The notes below the pieces were generated by a model. That model made no database searches. It worked only from the letters and a program-made list of their open reading frames with translations, and had not been told where the DNA came from. Position numbers and translations under genes: made by a program. From positions 1 through 64,000 of the forward strand of contig JASTWF010000348.1 of NCBI GenBank assembly GCA_030390025.1: DNA of 64,000 nucleotides. Reading direction: 5' to 3'. This document shows, in pieces, positions 1-9,267 of this stretch (within the stretch, counting starts at the first letter, position 1; each line of letters begins with the position of its first letter). The stretch comes from Squalus acanthias. Lineage: Eukaryota.

Positions 1-80
1 CTGCTCAAAGGAAAACAACCCAGCTTCTCCAGTCTATCCACGTAACTGAAGTCCCTCAAACCTGGCACCAATCTCCTCTG
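1..80 (-). mobile_element. CR1-type LINE fragment (RT C-terminal region)
   Basis: Resembles the minus-strand CR1 segment at ~50077-50170 (ctgctctaaggaaaacaagcccagcctgtccagtctctcttcatagctgaag). Confidence 0.55.
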
Positions 81-833
81 CGGGTAAAGGGGAACGATTC
101 ACTCCCGTCTGGTGCTGTACGGCCCGTGTGTGAGTCTCAGTGTCAGCTCCTGAACATGTACAGCACACAGCGGGTAAAAGGGAACGATTCACTCCCGTCT
201 GGTACTGTATGGCCCGTGTGTGTCTCAGTGTCAGCTCCTGTACATGTACAGTACACAGCGGGTAAAAGGGAATGATTCACTCCCGTCTGGTACTGTACGG
301 CCCGTGTGTGTCTCAGTGTCAGCTCCTGTACATGTACAGTACACAGCGGGTAAAAGGGATCGATTCACTCCCGTCTGGTACTGTACGGCCCGTGTGTGTC
401 TCAGTGTCAGCTCCTGTACATGTACAGCACACAGCGGGTAAAAGGGAACGATTCACTCCCGTCTGATACTGTACGGCCCGTGTGTGTGTCTCAGTGTCAG
501 CTCCTGTACATGTACAGCACACAGCGGGTAAAAGGGAACGATTCACTCCCGTCTGGTACTGTACGGCCCGTGTGTGTCTCAGTGTCAGCTCCTGTACATG
601 TACAGCACACAGCAGGTAAAAGGGAACCATTCACTCCCGTCTGGTACTGTACGGCCCGTGTGTGTCTCAGTGTCAGCTCCTGTACATGTACAGCTAACAG
701 CGGGTAAAAAGGAACGATTCACTCCCGTCTGGTACTGTGCGGCCCGTGTGTGTCTCAGTGTCAGCTCCTGTACATGTACAATACAACGCGGGTAAAAGGG
801 AACGATTCACTTCCGTCTGGTACTGTACGGCCC
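80..833 (+). repeat. 88/90-bp tandem satellite, array 1 (~8.5 units)
   Basis: Unit gcgggtaaaagggaacgattcactcccgtctggtactgtacggccc(gt)nctcagtgtcagctcctgtacatgtacagcacaca repeated head-to-tail; length varies by a GT dinucleotide. Confidence 0.95.
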
Positions 834-893
834 TGAGTTGTCCCGCTCTCGTTGTGATGAAATGGTTAATTCCTCTTTTTCTCGATATATTAT

Positions 894-906
894 GCCGGAA
901 GTGACG
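894..906 (+). promoter_or_regulatory. candidate ETS site overlapping a half-CRE (GCCGGAAGTGACG)
   Basis: Match to the ETS consensus CCGGAAGTG followed by TGACG, inside a non-repetitive GC-rich island (834-1192). Motif match only. Confidence 0.25.
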
Positions 907-1192
907 GGGCAATATTTCCTGTGTGAGGCTGGAATGGTATCTGATCGGTGGAGAAAGCTGTGACCACACATTGTACAAGAGCTGGTGCAATCCTCTTGTG
1001 AAGCCTTGGCTTAATTTAGATGGCCGGGCGGAGGAGGTTCAGCTTCCTGCCCTCGCTCGCTGCAGCCTGCCCCTCTCGCTCGCAGACTGGGTGTGATAGG
1101 TCGGGGCTGCCCGTCACCCGGACCCCTTCCGGGCGTTCCTCTCTCCGCTGGGCAGCCGGTTCAAAGGGCACTGGTTGCCCCTCCAGTACTTC

Positions 1193-1516
1193 CATAGAAA
1201 CATAGAAGATAGGAGCAGGAGTAGGCCATTCGGCCCCTCGAGCCTGCTCCGCCATTCAATGCGATCATGGCTGATCATCCAAACTCAGTACCCTGTCCCG
1301 GCCTTCTCTCCATATCCCTCGATCCCTTTAGCTTTAAGAAATATATCTAACTCATTCTTGAATATATTTAATGACTTGGCCTCAACTACCTTCTGTGGTA
1401 GAGAATTCCACAGGTTCACCACTCTCTGGGTGAAGAAATTCCTCCTCATCTCAGTCCTAAATGGCTTACCCCTTATCCTTAGATTATGACCCCTGGTTCT
1501 GGACTCTCCGACCATC
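1193..1516 (-). mobile_element. CR1/HER1-type LINE 3' end
   Basis: ORF2 C-terminus (..[35 protein letters not shown]..), 3' UTR and short repeated tail; nearly identical to copies at 44835 and 51134. Confidence 0.9.
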
Positions 1517-1878
1517 CTGGGATGAGAGGCTTGTCCTGTGAGGAGAGATTGAGGAGACTAGGCCGATATTCTCTGGAGTCCGGAAGAATGAGAGGTGATC
1601 TCATCGAAACACGCAAGATTCTGAAGGGGCTTGACAGGGTAGATGCAGGGAGGATGTTTCCCCTGGCTGGGGAGTCTAGAACCGGGGGGTCACAGTCTCA
1701 GAATAAAGGGGTCGGCCATTTAGGACTGAGATGAGGAGAAATTTCTTCACACAGAGGGTGGTGAATCTTTGGGAATTCTCTACCCCAGAGGGCTGTGCAG
1801 GCTCAGTCGTTGAGTATATTCGAGATCGATAGATTTTTGAATATTAAGGGAATCATGGGATATGGGGATAGGGCGGGA
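1513..1878 (+). mobile_element. CR1-type LINE ORF2 C-terminal fragment
   Basis: PGMRGLSCEERLRRLGRYSLE..RGDLIET..LDRVDAGRMFPLAGESRT, frameshifted. Confidence 0.85.
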
Positions 1879-2075
1879 AAGATCCCACAAACAGCAATGT
1901 AATAATGACCAGATAATCTGGTGGGTTTTTTTAAGTGATGTTGATTGAGGGATCAATATTGGTCCCAGGACACTGGGGAGAGAATTCCCACCCCCCCACC
2001 TGTTCTTCTTCAAAAATAGTAAAAAAGTGAGAAGTCGCACAACACCAGGTTATAGTCCGACAGATTTATTTGAAA

Positions 2076-2112
2076 TCACGAGCTTTCGGAGCGCTGCTCC
2101 TTCATCAGGTGA
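2076..2112 (-). ncRNA. minimal type I hammerhead ribozyme motif in a Penelope-like terminal repeat
   Basis: Minus strand reads ucac-CUGAUGA-a-GGAGC agc GCUCC-GAAA-gcUC-guga: conserved core, helix I (ucac/guga), 5-bp helix II and a very short palindromic helix III. Confidence 0.7.
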
Positions 2113-2555
2113 AGTGAAGGAATACAAATCAGCGAAGCATATATAGACAGAGAACAATGCCTGTGTAGCGTACAATGTCAGTCGACTACAGTTAATCTTT
2201 CTGACTGCCTTTTATCACACCTCAGCAGAGAGATAATCAGGTCAGTCAGGAAGACATTATACCGGGATCTCGGTTTCATGTCACGCTACAGGACGTGACT
2301 AGAGTCCAGACTAGAGTCCAGACTAGAGTCGTCGTTGTCTTGTTCACAGATGTGATTTCCAGTTTTAAAAAAAAAGTAAAAAGCTTAACTGTAGACTGCA
2401 GCATTTGACACGTTGGACCCCCTGTGACCCCACCTCATTGTCTTAGCTGTACCCTGATGTGTCTTTGATGTAATGCCTCCCTGACGGATTGTATCTCTGC
2501 AGACACATTGTTCTCTGTCTATATATACTTTGTAACTGATTTGTATTCCCTCACT

Positions 2556-2592
2556 TCACCTGACGAAGGAGCAGCGCTCCGAAAGCTCGTAA
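2556..2592 (+). ncRNA. minimal type I hammerhead ribozyme motif
   Basis: ucac-CUGACGA-a-GGAGC agc GCUCC-GAAA-gcUC-guaa; one helix I mismatch. Confidence 0.65.
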
Positions 2593-3429
2593 TTTCAAAT
2601 AAAACTGTTGGACTATAACCTGGTGTTGTGCGACTTCTCATTTTTGTCCACCCCAGTCCAACACCGGCATCTCCGCATTATATCAAAGACATAGCAAGAT
2701 ACAACTAGGACAATGGGGTGGGGTCACAGGGGGTCTAATGTGTCAAATGCTGCAGTCTGTGTGGAAAACCATAAACTTTAAACTTTTTACTTTTTTTTAC
2801 TGGAAATCACATCTGTGTAGAGAGAACAAGCCAACGACGACTCGAGTCCGGATGACTCTACGTCAGGTGGGGTTACATGTAGCGTGACATGAACCCAAGA
2901 TCCCGGTTGAGGCCGTCCTCATGGGTGCGCAACTTGGCCATCAGTTTCTGCTCGATGATTTTGCGTTGTCGTGTGTCTCGAAGGCCGCCTTGGAGAACGC
3001 TTACCCGAAGATCGGAGGCTGAATGTCCTTGACTGCTGAAGTGTTCCCCGACTGGGAGGTAACAATCCTGCCTGGCGATTGTTGCGCGGTGTCCGTGTGA
3101 TCTTTTACATCCACCTGAGGGAGCAGACTAGGCCTCGGTTTAACATCGCTCATTCGAAATACAGCACCTCCGACAGTGCGGCGCCCCCCTCAGCGCCGGC
3201 ACCGGGTGTGCTGCCTTGGTTTTTGTGCGCTGGAGTCTCTGGAGTGGGGACCTGAATCCCACAACCTTCTGACTCCGAGGCGAGAGTGAGACTCGCTGAG
3301 CCGGGCCTGATAACTCTCTGTCAGCTGTGAAGCGCCTCGCTAAGTTTTACTATGTTAAAGGTGCTACATAAAGTGCAAGTTGTTGTCATGTTGTTAACCA
3401 GAAATGATTGCGTTACACGGGATATACGG

Positions 3430-4110
3430 CACAGAAAGAGGCCACTCGGCCCAACCAGTCCATGCCGGCGTTTATGCTCCACTCGAGCCTCCTCCCGTCT
3501 TTCCTCATCTAACTCCATCAGCATAACCCTCTATTCCCTCCTCCCTCATCTGCTTGTCCAGCCTCCCCCTTAAACGCATCGATACTATTCGCTTCAACCA
3601 CTCCCTGTGGGAGCGAGTTCCACATTCTCACCACTCTCTGGGTAAAGAAGTTTCTTCTGAATTCCCTATTTGGATTTCTTGGTGACTATCTTATATTGAT
3701 GGCCTCTAGTTATGCTCTTCCCCACAAGTGGAAACACTCTCTCTGTATCCACTCTATCAAAACCTTTCATCATTTTAAAGACCTCTATTAGGTCACCCCC
3801 TCAGCCTTCTCCTGTCAAGAGAAAAGAGACCCAGCCTGTTCATCCTTTCCTGATAGGTATACCCTCGCATTTCTGATACCATCCTTGTAAATCTTCTCTG
3901 CACCCTCTCCAGTGCCTCTATATCCTTTTTATAATGTGGCGACCAGAACTGTACGCAGTGCTCCAAGTGTGGTCTGACCAAGGTTCGATACAGGTTTAGC
4001 ATAACTTCCCTACTTTTCAATTCTATCCCTCGAGAAATAAACCCTAGCGCCTGGTGTGCTTTTTTTATGGCCTTGGTAACCTGTGTCGCAACTTTTAATG
4101 ATTTGTGTAA
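3430..4110 (-). mobile_element. CR1-type LINE 3' portion
   Basis: ORF 3793-4173: [55 protein letters not shown]. Confidence 0.9.
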
Positions 4111-4381
4111 TTGTACTCGCAGATCCTGTTGCAGCTTCTCATATGACTTTTTTTCAAAGCGAGTGCAACTCAAGACCGGAAGGATTGATCAAGTCCTTTG
4201 TTCTTGGGAGAACAAGAAGGTTGATCTCCTCCACCATCTTATCCCAACGTCACATGTCCTTCTCCTGAAAAACCACTGGGCTGTTTTAAGACCTTTTTTT
4301 TCCTTCGGATAATCTGTTTTCAAGCCTCGTGCCGCCTCTGGGTTGCTTTCAAAGTTCTAACGCTGAAGAGCTTCCTATCAT

Positions 4382-4697
4382 TCACAGAATCCCCACAGTG
4401 CAGATAGAGGCCATTTCGGCCCATCGAGCCTGCACCGACACATATCCCACCCTATCCCCGTAACCCCACGTATTTAATCCCCCCCCCCCCTAACACTAAG
4501 GGTCAATTTATCATAGCCAAATCAACCTAACCCGCACATCTTTGGACTGTGGGAGGAAACCGGAGCACCCGGAGGAAACCCAAGCAGACACGGGGAGAAT
4601 GTGCAAACTCCACACAGACAGTCACCCGGGGCCGGATTCGAACCCGGGTCCCTGGCGCTGTGAGGCAACAGTGCTAACCACTATGCCACCGTGTTGC
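4382..4697 (-). mobile_element. HE1-type V-SINE, full length
   Basis: tRNA-derived head (A box tggcatagtgg, B box ggttcgaatcc), V-domain core (tgtggagtttgcacattctccccgtgtctgc..gggtttcctccgggtgctccggtttcctcccac) and CR1-like tail. Confidence 0.88.
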
Positions 4698-4777
4698 ATC
4701 AGTTCCATCGGCTTGGCTTTCCTGCCAGCATTGTTCCTTCTCAAAGGAAACATTCGCAGGGCTTTTGGGGGATCGAG

Positions 4778-5474
4778 GGGCTGGATTTTCAATGACCCGT
4801 GGAGTCGGGTTTGGAGGCATGTGGGGGGTTAAAGTTGCAGATTCGGGGGGACCCAACTCCGTCCCGCCTCCAAGAGGCGGGAGAGGCCATTAAAGCCCTT
4901 AACAAGCCCTAAATTGGCTCTGTAATGCCATTTTGAAACGTTTTAGCTAGTTTAACCCTTTTCCCACGTGAAGTACGCCTGGTGTGAAACACGCCAGTGA
5001 AACCTGGCGGGAGCACAAGTGGATAGCTGACTATCAGCTGCAGGTCCACTATTACAACGGAGATGTGATGAAGGTAGTAGTAGTATTGTGATGAAGGTAG
5101 TAGTAGTATTAGGTCTGAAAGTCGCCTCTGATGCTGCTGCATTGAATGTCTTCAGAGACTGCCTGGCCTTTGGAGGACCTGGATGTCTCTCTCTCTCTCT
5201 CTCTCTCTCTGAGATGCTGCTCATTTTGCATCCAGGTCCTCTCACAGCAAAGGCCAGGCAGTCTCTGACCTGCAATGCAGCAGCAATGATGACATCATCA
5301 GAGGCGACTTTCAGACTGAAACCACTAATTGGTTCATGGGTTCCCACATGCTGGAACTCAATTGCCCAATTAAGTGAAAATTGCATCAATCTCCCACATC
5401 CAATTGCAGGCGGGTGGATGACACGAAATGCGGATGACACTTCCCCAACCCGCCCCCAAGACGAAATCCAGCCC
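4778..5474. mobile_element. MITE / non-autonomous DNA transposon, family A (PIF/Harbinger-like)
   Basis: TIRs gggctggattt (4778-4788) and aaatccagccc (5464-5474); 3-bp flanking duplication GAG (4775-4777, 5475-5477); related inverted copy at 52780-53909. Confidence 0.75.
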
Positions 5475-5670
5475 GAGGAGTGGGACTAATCTGGAAGGCA
5501 AGCTCCGTCAGAGAGCCGGCACGGGCGTTGATGGGCCGAAGGGCCTCCTTCAGTGCTGTATGATTCTAGTTCCTCAGGCCCCCTGCAGCTTACCAATGGC
5601 CAGGCTTGCTGACACATCCTGCTGACTGTGTGGACAAAAAAAACTGAATCCCGCCACTATGTACTGAACA

Positions 5671-5960
5671 GAACAACGACAACATCTTGTATTTGTACAG
5701 CGCCTTTAATGTAGTAAAACGTCTCGAGGCGCTGCACAGGAGTATTATAAGACAAAAAATTCGACACCGAGCCACACAGGGAGATATTAGGGCAGGTGGC
5801 CAAACGCTTGGTCAAAGAGGTAGGTTTTAAGGAGCGTCTTAAAGGAGGAGAGAGAGGTGGAGAGGCGGAGAGGTTTAGCCAGGGAATTCCAGAGCTTGGG
5901 GCCTAGGCAGCTGAAGGCACAGCCGCCAGAGGTTGAGCGATTCTAATCGGGGATGCTCAC
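5671..5960 (-). mobile_element. L2-type LINE 3' end
   Basis: Reverse complement of the 3' region of the L2 copy at ~48350-48619. Confidence 0.8.
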
Positions 5961-5993
5961 TGATGTTTATCCCGTGCCTAATATCACGAAGGC

Positions 5994-6160
5994 AGATGAT
6001 CTGGTCATTTATCACACTGCTGTTTGTGGGATCTTGCTGTGCGCAAATTGGCTGCCCCCCCCCTACATTACAACGGCGACTACGCTTCAAAAAAAATACT
6101 TCATCGGCTGTAAAGCGTCCTGAGGCCGTGAAAGGCGCGGCAAAAATGCAAGTCTTTCTT
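5994..6160 (+). mobile_element. Deu-SINE 3' part
   Basis: cagatgatctggtcatttatcacactgctgtttgtgggatcttgctgtgcgcaaattggctg..cttcatcggctgtaaagcg, shared with 8740-8870 and 49645-50810. Confidence 0.7.
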
Positions 6161-6212
6161 TATTTGAGAAGTCGCACAACACCAGGTTATAGTCCAACAG
6201 TTTTATTTGAAA

Positions 6213-6253
6213 TCACAAGCTTTCGGAGCTTACGTGGCCCCTTCCTCAGGTGA
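6213..6253 (-). ncRNA. minimal hammerhead ribozyme motif, variant helix II
   Basis: ucac-CUGAGGA-a-GGGGC cacguaa GCUCC-GAAA-gcUU-guga; the loop differs from other copies while helix II pairing is kept (one G-U). Confidence 0.65.
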
Positions 6254-6565
6254 AGTAAAGAAATACAGACTCGACAAAGCATATATAGATAGAGAACAAT
6301 GCATGTGTAACTTACAATGGCAGACGACTACATTTAAATCATCCTGACTGTTTATCTGCCGAGGCGTGACAAAAGGCAATCAGGTCAGCCAGGAAGGTAC
6401 CACATCAAAGACATAGCAAGATACAACTGAGACAATGAGGTGGAGCCACAGGGGGTCCAATGTGTCAAAAGCCGCAGTCGGTATGGGAAACGATAAACTT
6501 TAAAATTTTTACTTTTTTACTGGAAATCACATCTGTGAACAAGCCAATGACGACTCGAGTCTGGA

Positions 6566-7023
6566 TCACGTCATGTATCGTGACATAAACCCAAGATCCC
6601 GGTTGAGGCCGTCCTCATGAGTGCGGAACTTGGCTATCAGTTTCTGCTCGATGATTTTGCGTTGTCGTGTGTTTCTAAGGCCGCCTTGGAGAACGCTTAC
6701 CCGCAGATCTGAGGCTGAATGTCCTTGACTGCTGAAGTGTTCCCCGACTGGGAGGGAACACTCCTGCCTGGCGATTGTTGCGCGGTGTCCGTTCATACGT
6801 TGTCTCAGTGTCTGCATGGTCTCGCCGATGTACCATGCCGCGGTGCATTCTTTCCTGCAACGTATGAGGTAGACAACGTTGGCCGAGTCACATGAGTATG
6901 TACCATGTACCTGGTGGGTAGTGTCCTCACGTGTGATGGTGGTATCTGTGTTGATGATCTGGCATGTCTTGCAGAGGTTGCCGTGGCAGGGTTGTGTGGT
7001 GTCGTGGTCGCTGTTCTCCTGAA
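6566..7023 (-). pseudogene. Penelope-like GIY-YIG endonuclease domain fragment (Neptune-like Cys linker), no RT
   Basis: Open frame PCHGNLCKTC..SCDSANVVYLIRCRKEC..WYIGET.QTLRQRMNGH..VGEHF..EQKLI..F.T..DGLN; truncated at ~7023. Confidence 0.88.
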
Positions 7024-7115
7024 ATCCTGTTATCATTTCTTTATTTGAAGAGAGGAGGCCATTTTCCTCCTCGGCCTGAGGCTGGAGCTGACCTCAGGTT
7101 GCCACAGCAACAGCA

Positions 7116-8035
7116 GTAGGCCATTGAGCCCCTCGAGCCTGCTCCGCCATTCAACGAGATCAGGGCTGGCCTGCAACCTAACTCCGCAAGCCCCGCCTTT
7201 GCCCCGTATCCCTGAACACCTTTGGTTGACAGAAATCTGCCAAGCTCAGGTTTAAAATTAACAACCGACACCAGTTGCCATTTGCGGAAGAGAGTTCCAA
7301 ACTTCGGCCACCCTTTGCGTGTCGACGTGTTTCCTCACTTCACTCCTGAAAGGTCTGGCTCTAATTTTTAGACCATGCCCCCTGGAGTCCGAGGGGGAAA
7401 AAATCGGGTTGCCAGCTGGGCCCCGGGTCGCGCTGCGCAAGGCCCCCTTCCCCTTTAATGGGGCGCTATTCAATTTTAAGCCCCTAGAATCCCCAACCAG
7501 CGGAAATAGTTGCTCTCCTTCTATTGGTCCCAGGACACTGGGGAGAGAACTCCCCGTCTGCCCTTCTTCAAGAATAGTAGCCGTGGGATCTTTTACATCC
7601 ACCTGAGGGAGCAGACTAGGCCTCGGTTTAACCAGCGGATAGAGTTGCTCTCTATCTACCCCTTAATATCTTAAAAACTTCGATCAGATCACTCCTTAAC
7701 CGTCTAAATTGTAGGAAATACAACCCTAGTTTTGCGTAAGCTCTCCTCGCAACTTAACCCTTGGCGTTGCAGCGATGTTCCCACGGATATTTTTCTTGGG
7801 GCCGCGCGGCCCCTTTAAGCCCGTTCAAAATTCTGCGTGGGACCTCCAGAGCGCTGCCCAGGCGCTCGGCTGAAGGGAACATTAGAGTCCAGCGATTATT
7901 CTGCTGATCCTGCGCTGCGCTGCCTCCGAGCGAGGCCGATGTATCCTTCCTGATGTGCCGGTGGCCCCAGAGCTGAGCGCAAGTGCTCCAGGTGTGGTCT
8001 AACCAGGGCTTTGTCCGGCTGCAGCGCGACTTCGA
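7116..8035 (-). mobile_element. degenerate CR1 3' region with small embedded insertions, including a Deu-SINE piece at ~7522-7633
   Basis: RGHGLKIRARPFRSEVRKHVDTQRVAEVWNSLP; colinear with the better preserved copy at 56507-57077. Confidence 0.75.
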
Positions 8036-8443
8036 CCCCCGCCCCTGCCCCCTGCCCCCCCACCCCCACCCGACACCGCCCTGAGGATAAGAGGTCAATT
8101 TCTGCTGCGAGGTTTCCTCAGCCCTGCAAGCCTCTGGCAGTGTGGGCTTTAGTTGCGTCAAGCCCATTTCTCATTCTTGCATCAATTCAGGAAATAGCAG
8201 ATTGAATCAGTTGCAGATGTGTTGGAGAGTTTAGAAGGCGGGTGGGGAGGGGTGGGGAGGAGGCGGAGTTGGCGTGCAGCAGTGCCAATGCCTCCAAGCA
8301 CTTCTGGCACGGCGAGCAGGGATTTCACCACATCCCTTACCGCAGGCTTCTCCTTGACATGCAGGAAGGGACGCTCGTTCAGGTAATGCAACTGTTAATC
8401 GGGGATTGAAATTACTCTGGGAAGGGGACTGAATATGCTGTCA

Positions 8444-8870
8444 GTTGTGGCTCAGTGGGCCTCGCACTTGCCTCAGAAGGGCACGGCCTCACATTCACAC
8501 ACCAGAGACCTTGAGCACCAAAAAAAAACCTAGGCTGACGCTCGCGGAGCCAGTACTGAGGGGAGTGCAGCACTGTCGGAGGTGCCGTCTTTCGGATCAG
8601 ACGCTAGCACCGAGGGCTCCCCCGTCTGCCCTCTCGGACGGGCGTCAAAGATTCGAAGAGGGAGCAGGGGGGAACGTTCTCCCCGGTGTCCCGGGGCCGC
8701 AGTATTTATCACTCAACCAACATCACCAAAAGAGATCGACTGGTTGTTTACCACGTCGCTGTTTGGGATCTTGCTGTGTGAAAATTGAACGCCGCCTTTC
8801 CGACATTGCAACAGCGACTATACTTCCGAAAGTACTTCATTGGCTGTAAAGTGCTTCGGGACGTCCTGAG
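8444..8870 (+). mobile_element. Deu-SINE, degenerate
   Basis: gtggctcagtgg head; cagtactgaggggagtgcagcactgtcggaggtgccgtctttcggat core; cattggctgtaaagtgcttcgggacgtcctgag tail. Confidence 0.75.
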
Positions 8871-8875
8871 CTGTG

Positions 8876-9267
8876 AGTGTCTCAGTGTCAGCTCCTGTAC
8901 ATGTACAGCACGCAGCGGGTAAAAGGGAACGATTCACTCCCGTCTGGTACTGTACGGCCCGTGTGTGTCTCAGTGTCAGCTCCTGTACATGTACAACACG
9001 CAGCGGGTAAAAGGGAACGATTCACTCCCGTCTGGTACTGTACGGCCCCATGTGTGTCTCAGTGTCAGCTCCTGTACATGTACAGCACACAGCGGGTAAA
9101 AGGGAACGATTCACTCCCGTCTGGTACTGTACGGCCCGTGTGTGTCTCAGTGTCAGCTCCAGTACATGTATAGTACACAGCGGGTAAAAGGGAACGATTC
9201 ACTCCCGTCTGGTACTGTACGGCCCGTGTGTGTCTCAGTGTCAGTTCCTGTACATGTACAGCACACA
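8876..9267 (+). repeat. 88-bp satellite, array 2 (~4.5 units)
   Basis: Same unit as 80-833; directly abuts the 45-bp array. Confidence 0.95.

Larger units (their letters stand above)
2028..3096. mobile_element. Penelope-like element remnant with multiple inverted segments
   Basis: 2029-2160 is the reverse complement of 2507-2640. The ORF end (..RDLGFMSRY) reads on + at ~2261-2290 and again on - at ~2876-3096, matching the GIY-YIG ORF at 6566-7023. Confidence 0.85.
1880..3302 (-). mobile_element. Deu-domain SINE (SacSINE1-like), split by a Penelope-like insertion (SINE parts ~1880-2020 and ~3099-3302)
   Basis: Shares blocks with other copies in the window (gatcttttacatccacctgag..ggcctcggtttaac..gcacctccgacagtgc) and has a tRNA-like head at ~3245-3302. 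Family name recalled, not searched. Confidence 0.7.
6165..7023 (-). mobile_element. Penelope-like retroelement, 5'-truncated (GIY-YIG domain, 3' UTR and terminal repeat)
   Basis: GIY-YIG ORF followed by the same 3' UTR and terminal repeat seen at 2028-3096. Confidence 0.9.

Noticed and set aside
80..833. 88-bp arrays as CRISPR, ribozyme or snRNA arrays
   Set aside because: No unique spacers, no CUGANGA/GAAA core and no recognisable RNA gene; vertebrate context.
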